From the IMG/VR virus record IMGVR_UViG_3300020578_000049: DNA of 64,000 bases; one strand, given 5' to 3'. This DNA is from an uncultured virus (IMG/VR IMGVR_UViG_3300020578_000049) (lineage: Duplodnaviria; Heunggongvirae; Uroviricota; Caudoviricetes). How positions within the stretch are numbered: the stretch's first letter is position 1; each line of letters begins with the position of its first letter. Position numbers and translations under genes: made by a program. This document shows positions 57,658 through 64,000 of this stretch, piece by piece. A model generated the notes under the pieces. That model was not told the origin of the DNA. It searched no databases and was given only the letters and a program-made list of their open reading frames with translations.

Positions 57658-59430
57658 ATGAGTCTATCAAAAGAACAAATAATGCTAGAGTATGTAAAAT
57701 GTATGAAAGATACACCATACGCATTAAGAACATACTTACAGACATACGATAATACGGTTTCACAATTTGTACCTTTGGAATTATTTCCAGATCAGGTTTC
57801 ATTACTGAAGGACTATGAAGAACACGAAGAAAATATTGCATTAAAGTATCGTCAGGCTGGTGTGTCAACAGTGACTGCCGCTTGGATATCAAAAAAACTT
57901 GTGTTTGCAAAAAAAGAACGTCCAGAAAAAATATTGATTATTGCAAACAAACTTGATACGTCAATGGAAATGGCAAATAAAATTAGAGCATTTGTTGACC
58001 AATGGCCTAAATGGGTTGGCGCTTCTTTTTCTGCAGATAAAAATTCACAAAGACATTACAAACTAACAAATGGTTGTGAAGTAAAAGCAGTTGCAACATC
58101 ACGAGATGCCTTGAGGGGTTATACACCTACGGTACTTGTATTTGATGAGGCCGCGTTTATCGAAGCTGATGGTGATTTTTGGGCAGCTTGTATGGCATCA
58201 CTTTCTACCGGTGGTAAAGTAATTGTTGTATCAACACCAAACGGTTATGACCCAATTTATTATGATGTATATAATCAGGCGGTTAAAGGTGTTAACAACT
58301 TTAAAATTTCTGAAATGTTTTGGTGGAAAGACCCTAGATACTCAAAAGATTTATATCTGGTACCAACTGATGATATGGTTGATTATCTATTAAATAAAGA
58401 TGAAAAAGACCATTCTAAAAATATTTCATTTACTGATACTGACCCTTATGAAAGGGATTATGATAAAATAAAAGAATATTTTAATCAAGGATATAAACCC
58501 TGTTCTCCTTGGTATGAAAAAATGGTTAAAAAGTTAAAATACGATAAACGAAAAATTAACCAAGAGCTTAACTGTGAATTTCTGGGGTCTGGAGATAACG
58601 TATTTGATGCTAAAGAATTAGATTATATAAAAACAAGTACAATACAAGACGCACCATCTAAATTAATGGGAAATTCGCTTTGGATGTGGAAAGAACCAGA
58701 ACAAGGACATAAATACATTATGGGTGTTGACGTATCTCGTGGTGATAGTGAAGATTTTTCATCGATTCAAATTATTGATTTTGATGAGCGAGAACAAGTA
58801 TTTGAATATGTTGGAAAAATTCCACCAGACGCTTTAGCCGAAATTGCTTATAAATGGGGTATTATGTATAACGCATTTTGTGTTGTCGATATTACCGGTG
58901 GTATGGGTATTACGACAGTAAGAAAAATGCAAGAACTTGGTTATCGTAATTTATATATTGATGGTGTCGATTCAACAAACATTTGGTCATATAATCCAAA
59001 AGCACAAGATAAAATACCAGGAATAAATTTTAATAACAAACGTGTACAAATAATTGCGGCATTTGAAGAATATGTCAGACATAAATTTAAAATTAAAAGT
59101 ACAAGATTATACAACGAAATGAATACTTTTGTTTATGTTAATGGAAGACCTGACCACCAAAAAGGACAACACGATGACCTTATAATGGCAATTTCTATGG
59201 CAATTTATGTTGGGGAATCTTCATTTTCAAAGTTGGAAAAAGTCGTTGAAAAAACTAAAGTAATGATTGAATCTTGGACTGTTTCAAATAACGATTCAGT
59301 AGGAAAACAAATTCATTTTGACCCAGTAATTCCAAATGGACATATGTTAAATGAAAGAATGAAAATGAATTCTGGACCGGCAAAAGAAGATTATATTAAA
59401 TACGGGTGGTTATTTGGTGGTAGAAAATAA
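57658..59430 (+). CDS. terL: Terminase large subunit (T4 gp17-like)
   Basis: KYRQAGVST; VLVFDEAAF; VSTPNG; GVDVSRG; HDDLIMA. Confidence 0.93.
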   Translation: MSLSKEQIMLEYVKCMKDTPYALRTYLQTYDNTVSQFVPLELFPDQVSLLKDYEEHEENIALKYRQAGVSTVTAAWISKKLVFAKKERPEKILIIANKLDTSMEMANKIRAFVDQWPKWVGASFSADKNSQRHYKLTNGCEVKAVATSRDALRGYTPTVLVFDEAAFIEADGDFWAACMASLSTGGKVIVVSTPNGYDPIYYDVYNQAVKGVNNFKISEMFWWKDPRYSKDLYLVPTDDMVDYLLNKDEKDHSKNISFTDTDPYERDYDKIKEYFNQGYKPCSPWYEKMVKKLKYDKRKINQELNCEFLGSGDNVFDAKELDYIKTSTIQDAPSKLMGNSLWMWKEPEQGHKYIMGVDVSRGDSEDFSSIQIIDFDEREQVFEYVGKIPPDALAEIAYKWGIMYNAFCVVDITGGMGITTVRKMQELGYRNLYIDGVDSTNIWSYNPKAQDKIPGINFNNKRVQIIAAFEEYVRHKFKIKSTRLYNEMNTFVYVNGRPDHQKGQHDDLIMAISMAIYVGESSFSKLEKVVEKTKVMIESWTVSNNDSVGKQIHFDPVIPNGHMLNERMKMNSGPAKEDYIKYGWLFGGRK

Positions 59431-59438
59431 TTATAAAA

Positions 59439-59732
59439 ATGGGATTAGATAGAAGAAAAACTTCAGGAAGAATATTTGGTGGTTCTAATTTAATAGTACC
59501 AGATCAGCCTATATATTCAGTTAAAAATTTTCCACCATCTTTTAAATATAAAAGAGGAACGCCAAAAGATACTTTCAGAGAATTACCACCACCTAAACCA
59601 AATCCAACACCACCTACACCAAGTCCGACACCACCTACACCAAGTCCGACACCAATTGTTGAAACTTTCTATATTTTGACGGAATTACAAAAAGCAATCT
59701 TAACAGAAAGTGGTGAAAACATTATATACTAA
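59439..59732 (+). CDS. Pro/Thr-rich small virion-like protein
   Basis: PTPPTPSPT repeats; ILTE..ILTESGENI. Confidence 0.6.
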   Translation: MGLDRRKTSGRIFGGSNLIVPDQPIYSVKNFPPSFKYKRGTPKDTFRELPPPKPNPTPPTPSPTPPTPSPTPIVETFYILTELQKAILTESGENIIY

Positions 59733-59772
59733 TGAATATTTATATTTGACAATTATAAATTAAATTTCTATT

Positions 59773-61554
59773 ATGGAACAAAATACAAATCAACTTACAG
59801 TTTGGCAAAGACTTAATAAAGCATTTGGACCAAATTCTTTATTGGGTCAAGATATCCCAACACACAAGTTTAGTAAACAAGAATTACTTAAAACTAGGGA
59901 TAAATCCGAATTTGAAAAAGAAAAACTTCAAGCACAACAAACTTTATATTTATCAAACCAATGGCAAAAAATAGAAAGTAATTTATATACCCAAGCAATA
60001 TATTACGAACCAACAAGACTTGCCGCGTTTTATGATTACGAATCTATGGAATTTACACCAGAAATTTCAACGGCTTTAGATATATATGCTGAAGAATCAA
60101 CAACCCCAAATGAAGACGGTTATATCTTACAAATATATTCCGAATCAAAAAGAATAAAAGGAATACTTGCGGATTTATTTAACAATACTTTAGATATTAA
60201 TACAAACTTACAAATGTGGATTAGAAACACTTGTAAATATGGTGATAACTTTGTTTATTTAAAATTAGACCCTGAAAAAGGAATTATTGGTGGTGTTCAA
60301 CTACCTAATATTGAAATTGAAAGATTCGAACGAGGTATGACACCTAAATCACCAAACACCGAAGTAAAAGTTAATGAAAGAGGTTTGAGATTTAATTGGA
60401 AAGAAAAAAATATGGAATTTAACACTTTTGAAGTGGCACATTTCAGATTACTTGGTGATGATAGAAAATTACCCTACGGTACTTCGATGTTAGAAAAAGC
60501 AAGGAGAATCTGGAAACAGTTAGTTTTGGCCGAAGATGCAATGTTGATATATAGAACATCAAGAGCACCAGAAAGAAGGGTGTTCAAGGTATTTGTTGGG
60601 AATATGGATGATAAGGATGTAGAACCTTACGTACAACGTGTTGCAAATAAATTTAAAAGAGATCAGGTTGTTGATAATAAAACCGGTAATGTAGATTTAA
60701 GATTTAATCAAATGGCAGTAGATCAGGATTATTTTATTCCGGTTAGAGATGCTACACAAACAATGCCAATTGAAACTCTACCTGGTGGTACAAACCTTTC
60801 AGAAATTGCTGATATTGAATATATCCAAAAGAAACTTGTTACAGCTTTAAGAATACCAAAAGCTTACCTTGGTTTTGAAGAACCGGTTGGTGATGGAAAA
60901 AATTTATCACTACTTGATATTCGTTTTGCAAGAACAATTAATAGAATACAAAAAAATATTTTATCAGAATTAAACAAAATTGCAATTATACATTTATTTC
61001 TTTTGGGGTTTGAAGATGAATTACAAAATTTTACATTAGGTTTAAATAATCCATCAAAACAAGCGGATCTTTTGATGGTTGATGTGTGGAAAGAAAAGGT
61101 AACACTATACAAAGATATGGTTACAGAAATTCCAAATACATTAGCACCAACATCAGCTACTTGGGCTAAAAAACATATTTTTGGATTTTCTGATGAAGAT
61201 ATCAAACTTGATACTCAAAGACAAAGAATGGAAAGGGCTGTTGCCGCAGAACTTGCAAATACTGCAACAATTATAACACATACTGGATTATTTGATAACA
61301 TTGATAGATTATATAAAACAATAAGTGGAACAACTGAAGGTGGAGAAGCAGGTGCTGCACCACCACCGGGAGGAGGACCACCACCAGCAGGAGGAGGACC
61401 GCCGCCACCACCAGCAGGAGGTCTTGAAGGGTTACCTGAAAACAGAGAAAAATTAGAAAATTTATTACTAGAATCTAATGATGATGATTTTATAATAAAA
61501 AATAGTTCACTTGGTGATATTGAAAACGAATTATTAAAAATACTTAAAGATTGA
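59773..61554 (+). CDS. Portal protein (T4 gp20-like)
   Basis: YESMEFTPEISTALDIYAEE; EDAMLIYRTSRAPERRVF; DYFIP; IETLPGG. Confidence 0.93.
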   Translation: MEQNTNQLTVWQRLNKAFGPNSLLGQDIPTHKFSKQELLKTRDKSEFEKEKLQAQQTLYLSNQWQKIESNLYTQAIYYEPTRLAAFYDYESMEFTPEISTALDIYAEESTTPNEDGYILQIYSESKRIKGILADLFNNTLDINTNLQMWIRNTCKYGDNFVYLKLDPEKGIIGGVQLPNIEIERFERGMTPKSPNTEVKVNERGLRFNWKEKNMEFNTFEVAHFRLLGDDRKLPYGTSMLEKARRIWKQLVLAEDAMLIYRTSRAPERRVFKVFVGNMDDKDVEPYVQRVANKFKRDQVVDNKTGNVDLRFNQMAVDQDYFIPVRDATQTMPIETLPGGTNLSEIADIEYIQKKLVTALRIPKAYLGFEEPVGDGKNLSLLDIRFARTINRIQKNILSELNKIAIIHLFLLGFEDELQNFTLGLNNPSKQADLLMVDVWKEKVTLYKDMVTEIPNTLAPTSATWAKKHIFGFSDEDIKLDTQRQRMERAVAAELANTATIITHTGLFDNIDRLYKTISGTTEGGEAGAAPPPGGGPPPAGGGPPPPPAGGLEGLPENREKLENLLLESNDDDFIIKNSSLGDIENELLKILKD

Positions 61555-61577
61555 TATATTTATAATTAAAAATAATT

Positions 61578-62294
61578 ATGAAATTTGGTTTAATAAAAAG
61601 TAAGATAGAAAAATTACTTACAGAGTCATACAAAAGAAATTCTTTTAAAAATACATTATTTGTATTCAAAGAATTGGTATTGGAAAATAAAAATATTAGT
61701 AAACTTTATTACTTGTATGATGAATTATCAAGTAGTAAGGGGTTAACTGAATCTACAGCTTCTGAATTAATAAACCAATCAACAATATTATATGAAAATA
61801 CAATTAATAAAATTCCTAAAAAAAATCTAGAAGAAATTAATCTTTGGGTTGGGCATATCAAAACAAAAAATAATTACGAAGATATTGATAATCTGTTTTC
61901 AAGTAGTGTTTTAACATTAGAAAACAAAATTAAAAGTAAAAAGGTTATTTTAGAAAATTTAAAGAAAACTTCAGAAGATTTTGAAGTTATTGGTAATGTA
62001 CCTGTAAATAAATTAGTAAATGTTGCAAATAAAACTGTTGATAAATTTATTAATTCGTTAAACGAAGAAAGTAAAAAAATTTTAAATAAAATTTTATCTG
62101 AAGATGAAAATAAATTGAAACTTAAATATGAACTTCTAAAAGAAGATGTTATTGATAAGTTAGAAACTATGAAAACTTCTGAAACAGATTCAGAAGTTGT
62201 TAAGACAATTTATGAAACTATAAACAAGGTCGAAAAAGAAAATTTTGATAGAATTTCCTTTTTTAAATTACAAGAATTAAATAGAAGTCTTTAA
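61578..62294 (+). CDS. Helical head-module protein
   Basis: Position after portal; several LxE sites. Confidence 0.65.
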   Translation: MKFGLIKSKIEKLLTESYKRNSFKNTLFVFKELVLENKNISKLYYLYDELSSSKGLTESTASELINQSTILYENTINKIPKKNLEEINLWVGHIKTKNNYEDIDNLFSSSVLTLENKIKSKKVILENLKKTSEDFEVIGNVPVNKLVNVANKTVDKFINSLNEESKKILNKILSEDENKLKLKYELLKEDVIDKLETMKTSETDSEVVKTIYETINKVEKENFDRISFFKLQELNRSL

Positions 62295-62476
62295 TTCTGG
62301 TTCATAAATTTTTGTCGGTGAATTGCTTTTTGTAGAACTTGTCTTCTTTCTACTGATTTTTTTGTAAATTCTTTTCTATAATTAAGATTGGAATTTTGTC
62401 TGGTTTTTATAACCTTACCTTTTAATTCTTTAAGTGCTTTTTCGATGTCGTTTTTTTTTACTTGTATTATTAACAT
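62291..62476 (-). CDS. rpsU: Ribosomal protein bS21
   Basis: MLIIQV..DIEKALK..K.K..KT...RKEFTKKSVERR...KA. Confidence 0.88.
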   Translation of the reverse strand: MLIIQVKKNDIEKALKELKGKVIKTRQNSNLNYRKEFTKKSVERRQVLQKAIHRQKFMNQN

Positions 62477-62558
62477 ATATGATTTTATTTTATTTGATAT
62501 ATATTACAAAATTATGTAAATTTAAATAAAATAAACATCGAGACTATGAAAAATTTTT

Positions 62559-63026
62559 ATGAAAAAGGGAAAAACCTCAAAAATTAATGGATTTCGTACA
62601 TCCAAAGTAACTTATGGAACTGTAGATTCCAAAAATTTTAAATCACTTTATTTAAACATCCAAACTTGGGTGGAGCCAAAAAAAGAATCCGAAAACTGGA
62701 ATAGGGTTGTTCTCAATATGAATAGAAGTGTTAAACATTCCGTTCATAATCACATAAGTAAAGAAATTTTTGATGTAAAATTTATTGTAGATTTAGACCT
62801 TAGAACAAGTGGTTTACAGATAAAGAAAAAATCTTTTATGAATTTAGAAATAACTTTATTTTTAAATCAAGAAATAGACTTTAAATCAACGAAATTAAAA
62901 AAATATCTTAAAAATCTAACAAAAGAAATTTATTCAGATGTATTTCTTGGCAATGAGTATTTCAAATTTTATTTCACAAAAAATGGAAATACTAAACCTT
63001 TAAAAGTAAAAACCGAAAAAGTTTAA
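62559..63026 (+). CDS. Hypothetical protein
   Basis: YGTVDSKN; IVDLDLRTSG; KKSFM. Confidence 0.7.
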   Translation: MKKGKTSKINGFRTSKVTYGTVDSKNFKSLYLNIQTWVEPKKESENWNRVVLNMNRSVKHSVHNHISKEIFDVKFIVDLDLRTSGLQIKKKSFMNLEITLFLNQEIDFKSTKLKKYLKNLTKEIYSDVFLGNEYFKFYFTKNGNTKPLKVKTEKV

Positions 63027-63047
63027 TATTTATAATAAAATTTAAAT

Positions 63048-63764
63048 ATGAAAATTTTAGGACCAAACGAAACTGGAAAAGGAATCCTTATCGAATATGA
63101 CGCTGGGTATATAAACCCAAGAAGTCAAAATAATCATTACATAATGGAATCCCAAAATTTTTTGGACCATTCAAAACCATTTGAATTTTACGCTGTTCTA
63201 CAAAAGTACGATACCCCGAATAGAAACGGTAGAGTGTATCCAGAAAAGATATTAAAAAGGGAAGTAGAAAATTATAAAAAAATAATTGAAAAGGGAACTT
63301 CACTTTCTGAACTTAATCACCCAGAATCTTCATTAATTGATCTTGATAGGGTATCACACATTATTACTGATGTGTGGTGGGATGGTCCGATATTACTTGG
63401 TAAATTGAAACTATTAACATCACCTGGTTTTCACGAAAGAGGAGTTTGTTCAACAAAGGGAGACTTAGCTGCAAACTATTTAAGACAGGGAGTCACACTT
63501 GGTATTTCTTCTCGTGGTGTTGGTTCGTTAAAAAAGGTTGGTGAACAAAACGAAGTACAAGATGATTTTGAATTAATTTGTTTTGACCTTGTATCTTCAC
63601 CGTCAACACCAGGTGCTTATCTTTTCTTAGATAAAAATGATAGAATAAAATTTGATGAAAACTTGGAAGAAGAAAAAAGAATGAACGTGGAAAGAAATGT
63701 TGGTGAAAGTGGTAACAAATCTCTTGACTTAATGAAAAGATTATCCGATTATTTGGGTAAATAA
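63048..63764 (+). CDS. Prohead core protein protease (T4 gp21-like)
   Basis: NRNGRVYP; ELNHP; GISSRGVGS; FDLVSSPSTPGA. Confidence 0.93.
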   Translation: MKILGPNETGKGILIEYDAGYINPRSQNNHYIMESQNFLDHSKPFEFYAVLQKYDTPNRNGRVYPEKILKREVENYKKIIEKGTSLSELNHPESSLIDLDRVSHIITDVWWDGPILLGKLKLLTSPGFHERGVCSTKGDLAANYLRQGVTLGISSRGVGSLKKVGEQNEVQDDFELICFDLVSSPSTPGAYLFLDKNDRIKFDENLEEEKRMNVERNVGESGNKSLDLMKRLSDYLGK

Positions 63765-63772
63765 AAAAAATT

Positions 63773-63988
63773 ATGGAACAAGGAGAAAAATATTTTGTAG
63801 CAAAGATTACATCAGATTTGTTAGATTCGGAATCTGGAAGAGTAAAAAAACAAAAAGAAGAAAAATTAGTTTTGGGTTACACGCCGACGGATGTTGAAGC
63901 TAAAGTAACTAAAATCTATGAAAATTACACAATGGATTGGAGAATTACGTCAATCACAGAAAGTAAAATTGATGAAGTTATAGAATAA
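63773..63988 (+). CDS. Small hypothetical protein
   Basis: ORF after protease; TDVEAKV...ITESKI. Confidence 0.65.
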   Translation: MEQGEKYFVAKITSDLLDSESGRVKKQKEEKLVLGYTPTDVEAKVTKIYENYTMDWRITSITESKIDEVIE

Positions 63989-64000
63989 AACCCAAAATAA

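Noticed and set aside
57658..61554. Intein or intron in terminase or portal
   Set aside because: Continuous ORFs of ordinary length with no splice motifs seen
1..64000. Genome-wide stop-codon reassignment
   Set aside because: Conserved genes are intact in code 11; TGA ends e.g. the portal gene and TAG ends several ORFs

Overview
AT-rich segment of a large T4-like (jumbo-type) phage that most likely infects Bacteroidota. The host call rests on TTTG-N~20-TAnnTTTG promoters, a T9SS type-B CTD protein, a Bacteroidota-type bS21 and the absence of Shine-Dalgarno sites. The right end is the head module: large terminase, portal, ribosomal protein bS21 and a gp21-like prohead protease. The left ~45 kb is mostly divergent, mostly hypothetical genes behind a strand-specific TATTTAT motif. 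About 30 of them carry interchangeable short N-terminal leaders ending in (I/L)-x-E, which suggests a large repertoire of capsid-packaged, protease-matured proteins. Accessory genes include P4H, an FKBP PPIase, guaC, a thioesterase, glycosyltransferases, four candidate cell-wall enzymes, a T9SS operon, and an N-domain-less ClpC with a UVR adaptor. An RNA-rich region at 40.8-47.7 kb holds tRNA-Arg, a UCA pseudo-tRNA, an array of structured and tRNA-like RNAs, a ~850 nt ornate ncRNA and a tmRNA with an atypical tag. The last three each follow a host promoter plus a boxA-like site. All family calls are motif recognition by eye; no searches were run.
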